A stretch of 20,000 nt of DNA from an uncultured virus (IMG/VR IMGVR_UViG_3300026119_000001) (lineage: Duplodnaviria; Heunggongvirae; Uroviricota; Caudoviricetes), in IMG/VR virus record IMGVR_UViG_3300026119_000001, one strand, 5' to 3'. The notes under the pieces are model-generated. The model made no database searches, was not told where the DNA came from, and saw nothing but the letters and a program-made list of their open reading frames with translations. A program made the translations under genes and the position numbers. Below are positions 1 through 8,834 of this stretch, piece by piece (the stretch's first letter is position 1; every line of letters begins with the position of its first letter).

Positions 1-455
1 ATTAATGCTGTAATACCACCCCAAAGTATGGTACTAATGGTAATGGCTGCTACAGTAGCTAACTTTCCAAAAAAACCTTTTTTGGGTTTTTCAGGATCTT
101 CTCCAAATTTAGCCAGGTCTCCTCCTTCACCTGTTTCACTTGGAATAGGTGGACCTATAAAGTCAGGATCTTTTGCTCTTTCTCTACGTGCCGCATCTTT
201 TTCAAAATCTAATTGTGCCTTTAATACTTCCCAAACTTCAGTCATTTTATCAACAGTTCTTTGTTGTAAATCTCTAACACGTTCTAATACTCTAAAGACA
301 GGAGTAGATTCTTTTGAACCATCTTGAGCTAGACCTTTAAATCCTATTAAGGATTGACCTACTTTGCCTTGTATATTTTCTCCAACCGACTTAATATTAG
401 CTGCTGAAGTAATTTTTTCTGCTAATGTTGATGATAATAGTATTTCGTCTGCCAT
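1..455 (-). CDS. 5' part of a large virion protein (possible tape-measure/baseplate hub protein); runs off the window
   Basis: Manually read ORF from ATG 455 (MADEILLSSTLAEKITSAANIKSVGENIQGKVGQSLIGFKG...KVATVAAITISTILWGG), open to the window edge and coupled to the upstream stop (TAATG). Function inferred only from its position downstream of gp26/gp51. Confidence 0.55.
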   Translation of the reverse strand, partial: MADEILLSSTLAEKITSAANIKSVGENIQGKVGQSLIGFKGLAQDGSKESTPVFRVLERVRDLQQRTVDKMTEVWEVLKAQLDFEKDAARRERAKDPDFIGPPIPSETGEGGDLAKFGEDPEKPKKGFFGKLATVAAITISTILWGGITAL

Positions 456-595
456 TATACACTTTCCATAATTGCTTTAATAAAATCTGCATTTGCTTTT
501 TTAGTTTCATCACATATTGTTCCAGCAGTTTTTACTGTTTCTTTACACGCTTCGTGTGAAATATTAATTAACCATTTCTTTAATTGTTCTAACAT
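455..595 (-). CDS. small hypothetical protein (46 aa)
   Basis: Manually read MLEQLKKWLINISHEACKETVKTAGTICDETKKANADFIKAIMESV*; TAATG overlaps on both sides and it fills the gap exactly. Confidence 0.65.
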   Translation of the reverse strand: MLEQLKKWLINISHEACKETVKTAGTICDETKKANADFIKAIMESV

Positions 596-972
596 TATAC
601 TCCCTCCGTTAATACTTTTATAATTCTTAAACCATATTTAGTTTGAGAATCTTCTTCTAAATCTGCCTGTATAACCCTACAACTAAACATCACTCTCTCA
701 CCACCTATTTCTCTCATCGCCACCCTTTTACTCTTTAGACAAGAAGATACAGTTGGTCTATATACATACTCAATTAATTTTCCATTTAAATGTAATAACA
801 ATGCTGCTGTTTCCACATTCAAATGTTTTTTACCTGGTTTGTATTCTAGTGATTCTGCTCTATTATGTAAAAACATACCAAACAAAATAGCAATTAGGAA
901 AAGGACACCAAGAGCCTTTGTTATCCATTTTAAATCTCCATTGAATTTCTTCCACATATTAATGTTGTCCAT
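595..972 (-). CDS. hypothetical membrane-anchored protein
   Basis: 125 aa; N-terminal hydrophobic helix and two Cys (SCLKSKR...FSC). Confidence 0.7.
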   Translation of the reverse strand: MDNINMWKKFNGDLKWITKALGVLFLIAILFGMFLHNRAESLEYKPGKKHLNVETAALLLHLNGKLIEYVYRPTVSSCLKSKRVAMREIGGERVMFSCRVIQADLEEDSQTKYGLRIIKVLTEGV

Positions 973-1363
973 TCGTTGCTTTAATTTCTCTTTGTCCGTC
1001 CTTTAACTTCTCAATATTTTCTCTAGCTTCTTTTACATCCTCTTGAAGTCTTTTTATATTAACTGCATTGTGCATCATATTATCTAATCTTTTTTCCAAT
1101 TTCTCCACTTGTCCAATGACCATTTCCAATAACATAAATTGTTCAGCATCAGCAGGAAGTGAACCTAATTCTCCTCTTGGCCATTTAATAGAAAACTCAA
1201 CTGCTTTTTCTAAATCAGATTTCATTAAAGTATTTTGTGTTTCTACATTATTAAGTCTTTCAATAACTCCAAAATACGCCCATACACCTACTCCAACTGC
1301 TGTCAATATAGACAACAGATTTCTCATAGGCATTGAAATAGCTGTGTTATCTGATACTTTCAT
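959..1363 (-). CDS. hypothetical protein, one TM helix plus coiled coil
   Basis: 134 aa; hydrophobic LLSILTAVGVGVWAYFGVI followed by a heptad-rich C-terminus. Confidence 0.75.
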   Translation of the reverse strand: MKVSDNTAISMPMRNLLSILTAVGVGVWAYFGVIERLNNVETQNTLMKSDLEKAVEFSIKWPRGELGSLPADAEQFMLLEMVIGQVEKLEKRLDNMMHNAVNIKRLQEDVKEARENIEKLKDGQREIKATNGQH

Positions 1364-1371
1364 AAACTTTC

Positions 1372-1698
1372 TTACTTCTTATTTTTAGGTAATGTTGCAC
1401 CTGGTTTGCCAACATATAATCCAAAGAATGCCGCTCCTGCACCAACTATTGTTGATATGTACATTGCTTGAGAGTTTGTTGGATCAGGTAACTGCATAAA
1501 CCAAGTTACTGATTGATAAAATGCATAAATGTATGCCAACATTATAAGTCTAGGTATAAATCTAAACTTATCCATAATACCTGCTACTTTATTATACCAC
1601 GTAGGCGCATCTTGTCCAGAGTCAGGAACAAGGTCGCTTTTATCCAGTTCGTATGTTATTTCTTTGACTTTAATTTTATCAACTTTTTCGTCTGCCAT
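1372..1698 (-). CDS. two-TM membrane protein, holin-like
   Basis: 108 aa; two hydrophobic segments and a basic C-terminal tail (PKNKK); AGGA upstream of the ATG. Confidence 0.55.
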   Translation of the reverse strand: MADEKVDKIKVKEITYELDKSDLVPDSGQDAPTWYNKVAGIMDKFRFIPRLIMLAYIYAFYQSVTWFMQLPDPTNSQAMYISTIVGAGAAFFGLYVGKPGATLPKNKK

Positions 1699-1704
1699 AT
1701 GTTC

Positions 1705-1842
1705 CTATTTATTCTGTTGGTTTCTAGCCCTAGTCCTATCATTTTCTTCTTTAATATGTTGTGTTAACAAATTCACATATATTTCCCTCTCCCAAGGCAG
1801 CATATTTTCAAGTTCAGTTAGCGAATATTTGTGATGTTGCAT
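1705..1842 (-). CDS. gp51: T4 gp51-like baseplate hub assembly catalyst (open frame extends upstream to the slippery site at 1899-1905)
   Basis: Manually read MQHHKYSLTELENMLPWEREIYVNLLTQHIKEEN...; matches the gp51 signature of T4-like phages and sits directly after gp26. Confidence 0.8.
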   Translation of the reverse strand: MQHHKYSLTELENMLPWEREIYVNLLTQHIKEENDRTRARNQQNK

Positions 1843-1871
1843 TAATGCAAAATTCACTTGATAATAATTCT

Positions 1872-2609
1872 CTAAACTTTCGTGAGAGAGGGCAATACGA
1901 AAAAATCCTGTAACCCTTGAAGAGTCCTTTTACTCTTGACTTTTGTCTTCGGGTTCTCTAGTTCTACCTCTTGCTTCAATTTAGGCATAGTATCAAAAAA
2001 ATTATTAACTTTTTGAAATGCCTTGGAATCTAAACTCTCAATAAACTTGTTTAAATCTTCTTTACTGTAATCAGAAGGTGTATGTATTTTATCACCTTCA
2101 TAAATTTGATAAATTGAATTTACCAATAAATCAAACATTTGTTTTGTCTTCATACCCTTTACATCAACTGTTGGATCAATTGAATTAATTGTAGGATAAC
2201 TCATAATAATCCCAATATTTTTCTTTTCATCAATCACAATCTTATTCGTATGGTCTTCTTCAACGTGTACCTCAACTTTAGACAAATCTACTTCTACTTC
2301 AGCATAAGTTTTATTGTCATCTGGACATAATAATTTAAGTGTTACTACTTCTCCAACTGACTTCGCCCTTATTTGTAAAAATATATATTCTAAATCAAAT
2401 GTAGGTAACTCATCTATGTTAATTGATCCAAAGGTACAAGCGTGACAAACTTGTTTTAAAGCACTAACTAGTTCAATATTTTCATTTGATTCTAGTGCTT
2501 GTAATAAAACCTTTTCTTCTTTTACAAGAAATGGTCTGTACTTAATCTTAACATCTTTGGATGGTAATGTCAATTCATAAGTCGCTGTTTCTACTATAGG
2601 CAATGCCAT
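1872..2609 (-). CDS. gp26: T4 gp26-like baseplate hub subunit/assembly protein
   Basis: Motifs YRPFLVKEEKVLL, FDLEYIFLQIRAKSVGE, FFDTMPKL and LQGLQDFF; AAGGAG RBS; late promoter upstream. Confidence 0.9.
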   Translation of the reverse strand: MALPIVETATYELTLPSKDVKIKYRPFLVKEEKVLLQALESNENIELVSALKQVCHACTFGSINIDELPTFDLEYIFLQIRAKSVGEVVTLKLLCPDDNKTYAEVEVDLSKVEVHVEEDHTNKIVIDEKKNIGIIMSYPTINSIDPTVDVKGMKTKQMFDLLVNSIYQIYEGDKIHTPSDYSKEDLNKFIESLDSKAFQKVNNFFDTMPKLKQEVELENPKTKVKSKRTLQGLQDFFVLPSLTKV

Positions 2610-2632
2610 AATCTATTCTCCTTATTATATTA

Positions 2633-2640
2633 TATTTATA
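2633..2640 (-). promoter_or_regulatory. T4-type late promoter (TATAAATA)
   Basis: Exact TATAAATA in the intergenic gap just upstream of the gp26 RBS. Confidence 0.75.
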
Positions 2641-2645
2641 TTATA

Positions 2646-3599
2646 TTAAAAGAATGGTGGAAATACTCTTCCTCCTGTCGTTCTACCAATTGGTATATCT
2701 CTTCTTATCTTCTCTATTATTGATTTTCCTGCACGTTTAATTTCTGGTGGTAATTTATTTAATATGCCACCAAATATTCCATAGTTCTTACTAGGTTTAA
2801 TATTTGGCATATCAGGTACAGCCTTACCAAGTTCTGCTTTAGAAACTTGTTCTAATGTTAAATTCTCCCAAGTTCTATATGAAAAAGTTATGGGTATCTC
2901 CATAGGCATTTGGTCTTCCGCTAATGACATTAATGCTACCTCTCCAACATTATCAGGATATACTTCGTTCAATCTTACTGCATAAGTAATTCTGTGATTA
3001 TCATTTGGATGTTCAGTTTTTGATTCTCTATACTGTCCTAATTGATAAATGTCCATAGCACCTACATAAGTTTCATAATAACTCAAATTATGAGTATGTT
3101 TATTATATATTTTATTTTGCCAGTTTTCAAAAAATGCTCTTTGTCTTAAAAACTTATCTGCCATAAAGGTAGCTTCCAGAGAAGCAGAACCATAATTATA
3201 TGCAAAAGGCATTTTTCTACCAGGTCCATATGGTGCAAAGTTTGTAGATAAAATGTTGCGTTGTGGAAATTTAACCGCACTACACATCAAGTTCACATTG
3301 TTTATCATATCATTTGTTTCTAAAGAATTTGGTCCGCCTGACTCATCACCAGCACCTCCTAAATTAGTTAATTTTCCTATAGGTGGATATAATCTAATTA
3401 AAAATCTATTGGCTTTAGAAACACCTTCACCCTTGTTTATTTCTGTTATAAACCTACCAATAGATGTACTTACATTAACACCTGGTCTATGTTTTGTTAT
3501 TCTAGGGTCGCCTTCAACATTAACCAATGATTTATCTCTTGGAAGTCCTATTCGGATATCCATATTACCAATACGTTTGCCTGCTCTGAATATTGCCAT
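2646..3599 (-). CDS. baseplate tail-tube initiator/cap (gp54/gp48-like)
   Basis: Tail-tube-fold motifs NRFLIRL..P, YGPGRKMP, FFENWQNKI, YVGAMDIYQL and LNEVYP; lies between gp2 and gp26. Confidence 0.7.
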   Translation of the reverse strand: MAIFRAGKRIGNMDIRIGLPRDKSLVNVEGDPRITKHRPGVNVSTSIGRFITEINKGEGVSKANRFLIRLYPPIGKLTNLGGAGDESGGPNSLETNDMINNVNLMCSAVKFPQRNILSTNFAPYGPGRKMPFAYNYGSASLEATFMADKFLRQRAFFENWQNKIYNKHTHNLSYYETYVGAMDIYQLGQYRESKTEHPNDNHRITYAVRLNEVYPDNVGEVALMSLAEDQMPMEIPITFSYRTWENLTLEQVSKAELGKAVPDMPNIKPSKNYGIFGGILNKLPPEIKRAGKSIIEKIRRDIPIGRTTGGRVFPPFF

Positions 3600-4153
3600 T
3601 AAACTACTTTCCTACTGTCTGACCACACTCTTTGTGGTGTTGCTTTCTTAAATTGTTGTACAGGTAGATATACTGCAATTGCCATTTCATTAATATCTAT
3701 TCTTAAAAAATTTGACCTAACGTGTTTCCACAAATATTTCTTAACTGTTGGTTTAATCATACTTATATTTTTAAGTGTATTATATGACGCATTTATTATT
3801 GTAGTACGGTCAAAATCTGTATTACTAGCATATCTTTGTAACTCTTGTAATAATTTAAATCTCAACCCATAGGGTAAATAATGAAAATTCAACCCTACAA
3901 ACCCACCTCTAAATGTATCTATAGGCAACACTAATGGAAATATATCATAATAAGGTAATGTCTTTTTGCCTTTAGGGTCATAAAAATAAAAATTCAAACG
4001 ACCTGCACTAGGTCTAGCATTCAACTTGCCACTTCTCATAAGAGTACGTGCTCCTGCCCTACCAGAGATAGTACTTACAGCATTTCTATACCAGGACGCT
4101 GCCTTTAACGCCCCCTTTTGTCTATCTATTATGGGGTCAAATATATTTACCAT
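3599..4153 (-). CDS. gp2: DNA end protector protein (T4 gp2-like)
   Basis: Motif FYDPKGKKTLPYYDIFPLVL...GLNFHYLP. Start moved to ATG 4153 because the longer start lies inside the terminator/promoter region. Confidence 0.9.
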   Translation of the reverse strand: MVNIFDPIIDRQKGALKAASWYRNAVSTISGRAGARTLMRSGKLNARPSAGRLNFYFYDPKGKKTLPYYDIFPLVLPIDTFRGGFVGLNFHYLPYGLRFKLLQELQRYASNTDFDRTTIINASYNTLKNISMIKPTVKKYLWKHVRSNFLRIDINEMAIAVYLPVQQFKKATPQRVWSDSRKVV

Positions 4154-4158
4154 ATGTA

Positions 4159-4166
4159 TATTTATA
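4159..4166 (-). promoter_or_regulatory. T4-type late promoter (TATAAATA)
   Basis: Exact motif 5 nt upstream of the gp2 ATG, immediately after a terminator. Confidence 0.75.
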
Positions 4167-4169
4167 ATG

Positions 4170-4198
4170 AAAAAGGGCACCTATTACTAGGTGCCCTT
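4170..4198 (-). terminator. Rho-independent terminator after gp32
   Basis: Perfect 11-bp stem AAGGGCACCTA-GTAA-TAGGTGCCCTT with a GNRA loop, ending in a T run. Confidence 0.85.
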
Positions 4199-4229
4199 AA
4201 AGTTTAACGTATTTTTGAGAGAGAAAGGT

Positions 4230-5120
4230 CTACTCTTCGTCTGCCAATTTACTAAAATAAGACAACGTATCGTCTTCCTCGCTAGCAGGTTTAGAGTGAC
4301 TTACATCAACTTTTTTCACTTTACCGTTAGTCTGTTGTGGGAGGTCTACAGTCTCCACGGTACTGGTGTTTCGTGTTCCCATAATTACCCTATTCAGTTT
4401 CTCTTTGAGTTCGTCATAGGTTTTAAAATTACTAGGGTCCACAAAAGATTTTAAAGGATATTGTTTAGACCATATAGCTTTGATACTTTCATCATTTTCT
4501 GCTAATGGTTTCACTCCTTCAAATTCAGATTTGTCATAGTTCCAATAACCATCAACTTTTCTAATTTTCAGTTTAAAGTTTGCACCTTTCCAAAAATCAA
4601 ATGGGTTGATTGCTTTTTCATCCTCAAATTGAGGTTGCATTGCTTCTGATATCTTATCAAATATTTTTTTACCATATCTGTATAAGAAAACTTTACCTTC
4701 ATTTTCTGGATGTTTTGGATCGCTGACCATATAGATGTTAGAATAGTATGATAATTTTCTTTTTCTCTTACGAGCAATATCCTTATCACTATCTACACCT
4801 GTATTCCACAATCTAGTATTATCTTCACTAACTGGATCTTTAGTACTTAAAGTTGTTAATGAATTTTCAATGTACCAACCACCTTTGTCTTGAAATGCGT
4901 GTGACCATACTCTTTGCCAAGGCATTTCTTCCTTTTCAGACGCAGGTAAAAATCTTAAAACGGCATAACCATTTCCAGTTTTATCTAGTTCTGGTTTCCA
5001 GAATCTATCGTCTTGGTACTTACTCTTGTTTGATTGATCCTCAGGATTGAGGTTCGTTTCAAGTGCCTTTGTTATCTTATCAAAGTTACTTGATGATGAT
5101 TTTAATGTTTCAAAATCCAT
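4230..5120 (-). CDS. gp32: single-stranded DNA-binding protein (T4 gp32-like)
   Basis: Motifs GNGYAVLRFLPA, WYIENSLTT, YGKKIFDKI, PFDFWKGANFKLKI and NYDKSEF; acidic C-terminal tail; AAGGAG RBS. Confidence 0.95.
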   Translation of the reverse strand: MDFETLKSSSSNFDKITKALETNLNPEDQSNKSKYQDDRFWKPELDKTGNGYAVLRFLPASEKEEMPWQRVWSHAFQDKGGWYIENSLTTLSTKDPVSEDNTRLWNTGVDSDKDIARKRKRKLSYYSNIYMVSDPKHPENEGKVFLYRYGKKIFDKISEAMQPQFEDEKAINPFDFWKGANFKLKIRKVDGYWNYDKSEFEGVKPLAENDESIKAIWSKQYPLKSFVDPSNFKTYDELKEKLNRVIMGTRNTSTVETVDLPQQTNGKVKKVDVSHSKPASEEDDTLSYFSKLADEE

Positions 5121-5189
5121 ATAATTATATCTCCTTTGTATTAATTGTATGTTGTATTTGTGTTAGCTATATTATCGCTATCTCTTTCT

Positions 5190-5232
5190 TATTTATACTC
5201 TCTAATATATCATAAACCTAGTATATTGTCAA
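5190..5232 (-). promoter_or_regulatory. tandem sigma70-type and late promoters for gp32
   Basis: TTGACA (5232-5227), 17-nt spacer ending TGa, TATATT (5209-5204); then TATAAATA at 5197-5190. Confidence 0.75.
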
Positions 5233-6051
5233 GCTTGGAATAATCTATGTATTTTAGATTAGAAGTGCTATACCACTCTTCAATCGGTCCACTTACTTTA
5301 TCTCGTCCATCATTATATAGATTAACCTTATAAAACTGTATCTGTGGAAACCTATTAAACATAATCTTCCATTGGTTAATCCAATTGATAGCAGGTGTAG
5401 GACTATTTCCTTCTGCTGTATAATGTTTAGTACTCTTATATAAGTTATTAAGAAATTTATTATGACTATATAAATCGTGTCCTACTAAAAATATTTCATT
5501 AGGTCTCTCTACTTTAGCAGCAACCAAACCAGATGTAGCACCACAAGCCCAACCGTGGTCTTTAGGTTCATCAATATCGTCTAGTGAATGTGAATAATCT
5601 GGCTCTTTAATCCAACTAACTTTAACTGTAGCGTGTTTAACGTTCTTTCTAGTTATATCTCCATCTTTTTTTAATATTGCAACAATACCTTCTAAATTAC
5701 CACCGTGCATAACATATTGCTTTGAATCACCACGTTCATTTGTTATCAATATACCCTTTTTAACTGCCTCTTCAACATCTTCTACAGACAACTATCTGCA
5801 AGTACTTTATCATATGAAAATGCAGGCACAGGTGTCCAACCTCTAAAATAGCAAGGAACCTTTTGTGCATAACCACTATGATATATTTCGTGTATCATTC
5901 CGTGGTCAACGGAAGTTAAACAATCGCATAAATCAGGATGGTCTCTATAAATGGCATTACACCCATACATTTTACCAAATGGTTTATACTTGTATAAATC
6001 TTTATCTTTTCTACTCTCACCATTACCTATACAAAATACTCTATCTGGCAT
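5210..6051 (-). pseudogene. about 280-aa Rossmann-like protein (GNGESR...GCNA...FLVGHD; DUF115/MptE- or GT29-like) split by a 1-nt frameshift near 5790
   Basis: N-half (5782..6051) carries CIGNGESR/YGCNAIYR; C-half (5210..5791) carries GWACGATS, IFLVGHDL and NWINQW but has only a TTG start. One extra T in AGTTGTCT would join the two halves. Confidence 0.6.
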
Positions 6052-6133
6052 TTATACTATCCATCGCTTCTATTATTTCTTTAATAGTCCAAGTACCATT
6101 CATTTTCTTTTCTAAAGTTTCACCGTTTATCAT
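6041..6133 (-). CDS. small hypothetical protein (30 aa)
   Basis: MINGETLEKKMNGTWTIKEIIEAMDSINAR*; ATGA overlap with the upstream mini-ORF. Confidence 0.45.
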   Translation of the reverse strand: MINGETLEKKMNGTWTIKEIIEAMDSINAR

Positions 6134-6234
6134 CTTACAAAATGTCCAAAATAATTGATATGATTATGCGTCATATAAATGACAAAACTTAAATATATAA
6201 ACATACAAGCAAGGTATAATATCATCCATTTCAT
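6130..6234 (-). CDS. small hydrophobic peptide (34 aa)
   Basis: MKWMILYLACMFIYLSFVIYMTHNHINYFGHFVR*; starts 4 nt after the sufB stop. Confidence 0.45.
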   Translation of the reverse strand: MKWMILYLACMFIYLSFVIYMTHNHINYFGHFVR

Positions 6235-6238
6235 TTTA

Positions 6239-7669
6239 CTATCCAACTGCTCCCTCCATACTAACCTCTAATAATTTATTAGCCTCTACGGCAAATTCCA
6301 TTGGTAGTTTTTGAAATATCTCTTTACAAAATCCTGTGATGAGTAAGTTTCTAGCATCTTCATCTTTTAATCCTCTTTGCATTACATAAAATAATTGTTC
6401 ATCATCTAGTTTAGATGTAGTTGCTTCGTGCTTACAAGTACTTGATGAATTTTTATTTTCAATATATGGTACAGTATGAGCAGAACAATGACTACCTAAC
6501 ATTAATGAATCGCATTGTGTAAAATTTTTTGAGTTGTGTGCATTTTTCATAATTTTTACCAAACCTCTATATGTATTTTTAGAATGCCCTGCTGATATTC
6601 CTTTTGATATAATAGTTGATTTAGTATTTTTACCTAGGTGGATCATTTTAGTACCTGTATCTGCTTGTTGTCTACCAGTTGTTAATGCAACAGAATAAAA
6701 TTCTCCTACTGAATTATCACCCATTAATAAACAAGATGGATACTTCCAAGTTATAGCAGAACCAGTTTCAAACTGTGTCCAAGTAATTTTAGAATTACGC
6801 CCTTTACATTTTCCACGTTTAGTTACAAAATTATATATACCACCCTTACCTGTAACTGGATCTCCAGGATACCAATTTTGTATTGTTGAATATTTTATTT
6901 CTGCGTCATCTAGTGCTACAAGTTCTACGTTAGCAGCGTGTAGTTGATTCTCATCCCTCATTGGTGCTGTACAACCTTCAAGGTAACTTACATAACTGCC
7001 TTTGTCTGCTATAATTAAAGTTCTTTCAAACTGTCCTGTATTAGCCGCATTGATTCTAAAATATGTACTTAACTCCATTGGACATCTTATTCCTGGTGGT
7101 ACATATACAAATGAACCATCTGTAAATACAGCAGAATTTAAAGCAGCAAACGAATGGTCATTTATAGGTATAACTGAACCCATATATTGTTTTACAAGAT
7201 TAGGATGATTTTGTACTGCTTCTGAAAATGGACAAAATATAATTCCTAATTCTGCTAATTTACTTTTAAATGTAGTTGCAACTGATACAGAATCAAATAC
7301 AGCATCAACTGCCACACCTGCAAGTCCAGCCCTTTCAGCTAATGGTATTCCTAATCTTTCAAAATCCTTTTTAATTTCTGGATCAACATCATCATATGAT
7401 TCAGGACCTGCTTTTGGTGCTGAATAATATGATATTGCTTGATAGTCTATTGGATTAATATCAAGATTTGCCCAATCGGGTTGTTTTAATATTTTCCATC
7501 TACGATATGCTTTTAATCTAAATTCAAGTAACCATTTAGGTTCTTTTTTAATTTTTGAAATCTGCTTTACTGTACTTTCATCAAGGCCTGGTGGTAATGT
7601 TACTGATTCAACATTTGTTGTAAAACCAGCATCATATTTCTTTTTAAGTTTCTCTTGAAGTATGTCCAT
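6239..7669 (-). CDS. sufB: Fe-S cluster assembly scaffold SufB
   Basis: Motifs [103 protein letters not shown] and EGAVG; full length at 476 aa. Confidence 0.97.
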   Translation of the reverse strand: MDILQEKLKKKYDAGFTTNVESVTLPPGLDESTVKQISKIKKEPKWLLEFRLKAYRRWKILKQPDWANLDINPIDYQAISYYSAPKAGPESYDDVDPEIKKDFERLGIPLAERAGLAGVAVDAVFDSVSVATTFKSKLAELGIIFCPFSEAVQNHPNLVKQYMGSVIPINDHSFAALNSAVFTDGSFVYVPPGIRCPMELSTYFRINAANTGQFERTLIIADKGSYVSYLEGCTAPMRDENQLHAANVELVALDDAEIKYSTIQNWYPGDPVTGKGGIYNFVTKRGKCKGRNSKITWTQFETGSAITWKYPSCLLMGDNSVGEFYSVALTTGRQQADTGTKMIHLGKNTKSTIISKGISAGHSKNTYRGLVKIMKNAHNSKNFTQCDSLMLGSHCSAHTVPYIENKNSSSTCKHEATTSKLDDEQLFYVMQRGLKDEDARNLLITGFCKEIFQKLPMEFAVEANKLLEVSMEGAVG

Positions 7670-8286
7670 TATCCTTTAACAAGTGGAACAAAAGTACACC
7701 CTATTAAATGTTCTTCTTTAACAATTGGTACACCTGCCTTCTCTTCTTTTTTAATAATCTCTACTATCTTGTCACCAACAGGCACAATCATTTTACCACT
7801 ATCTTTTAATTGTTTAAGTAATTCATATGGTACTTTATCTGCCATTGCTGTTACAATAATTCTATCATATGGTGCGTGTTCTTCCCAACCATTGTGACCA
7901 TCAGCTACTTTAAATTTCACGTGTTCATAACCTAATTTTAACAATAATCTTTGTGTTCTTTGTGATAATTTAAAAATTCTTTCTACTGAATATACATCTG
8001 TTGTTAATTCTGCCAACACAGCAGTTTGATAACCTGAACCTGTACCTATCTCTAACACTTTGTCTAAAGGTTTAATACCAAGTTGTTGAGTCATATATGC
8101 AACCATAAAAGGTTGTGATATAGTTTGACCATAACCTATTTCAAGTGGTCTATCTTCATAGGCAAATGCCCCACCCACACAAAACTTATGTCGTGGTACT
8201 TGTCGCATTGCATAGATAGTTCTCTTGTTGATTTTACAACCCTTGTTCATAAGAGTTTTAATCATTTGGTCCATATCTCTTTTCAT
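7669..8286 (-). CDS. pcm: protein-L-isoaspartate O-methyltransferase
   Basis: Motifs [50 protein letters not shown] and FVPLV. Confidence 0.95.
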   Translation of the reverse strand: MKRDMDQMIKTLMNKGCKINKRTIYAMRQVPRHKFCVGGAFAYEDRPLEIGYGQTISQPFMVAYMTQQLGIKPLDKVLEIGTGSGYQTAVLAELTTDVYSVERIFKLSQRTQRLLLKLGYEHVKFKVADGHNGWEEHAPYDRIIVTAMADKVPYELLKQLKDSGKMIVPVGDKIVEIIKKEEKAGVPIVKEEHLIGCTFVPLVKG

Positions 8287-8834
8287 TAAAAATAGTTAAT
8301 GTTTATATTAACTCTCCTTTGAGTATTTGTTGTGTTTGTACCAGTATGTGTAACAGATGGATCAAAAAGGATTGCTCTGTTTGCAACACTATCAATTTTG
8401 GTACCGCAATCTTTAAACTTTGTGTAGCCATCACAAGTATTTAAAGCAAGCAAACAACCATTGTGTTTATAATCTGTATCTTCGTGCCAAGTATGTTCAA
8501 TTAGTTTGCCTTGATTAGGATATGAATTTATTTTTACTCTTATCAATTCTTTCACCTTTAATTTAGAGGTAATTGGGTTCATTATTTCAAATACGTTTTT
8601 GTCCTTAAAGTGTTGAAACGTTTGATTGTCGTATAACGTATGAACAAAGAAAAAATAATTACCAACTTTCTTATCTTCATTTTCTATTTCCTGTGGGGTT
8701 TTATCCCAATCATACTGGAGATGGTTGAGTACTGGTCGTTCAAAATGAAACCAAGGAAAAGCATTACCCATTATCACTTCTTGCATTTCTTCAAAAATGT
8801 TTTTATCTAAAAAATTATCTATAACTTTAATCAT
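8286..8834 (-). CDS. 2OG-Fe(II) oxygenase superfamily protein
   Basis: HxD (WHED), distal His (THTG) and RVNININY strand; DNFL N-terminus typical of marine phage 2OG oxygenases. Confidence 0.8.
   Translation of the reverse strand: MIKVIDNFLDKNIFEEMQEVIMGNAFPWFHFERPVLNHLQYDWDKTPQEIENEDKKVGNYFFFVHTLYDNQTFQHFKDKNVFEIMNPITSKLKVKELIRVKINSYPNQGKLIEHTWHEDTDYKHNGCLLALNTCDGYTKFKDCGTKIDSVANRAILFDPSVTHTGTNTTNTQRRVNININYF

Noticed and set aside
4568..4789. Alternative-frame minus-strand ORF inside gp32 (likewise 10027..10332 inside gp59)
   Set aside because: Fully nested in conserved genes, with no RBS or motif support.
6239..7669. Intein or intron in sufB (also checked thyX)
   Set aside because: Both are normal length with contiguous motifs and no splice-junction or endonuclease signatures.
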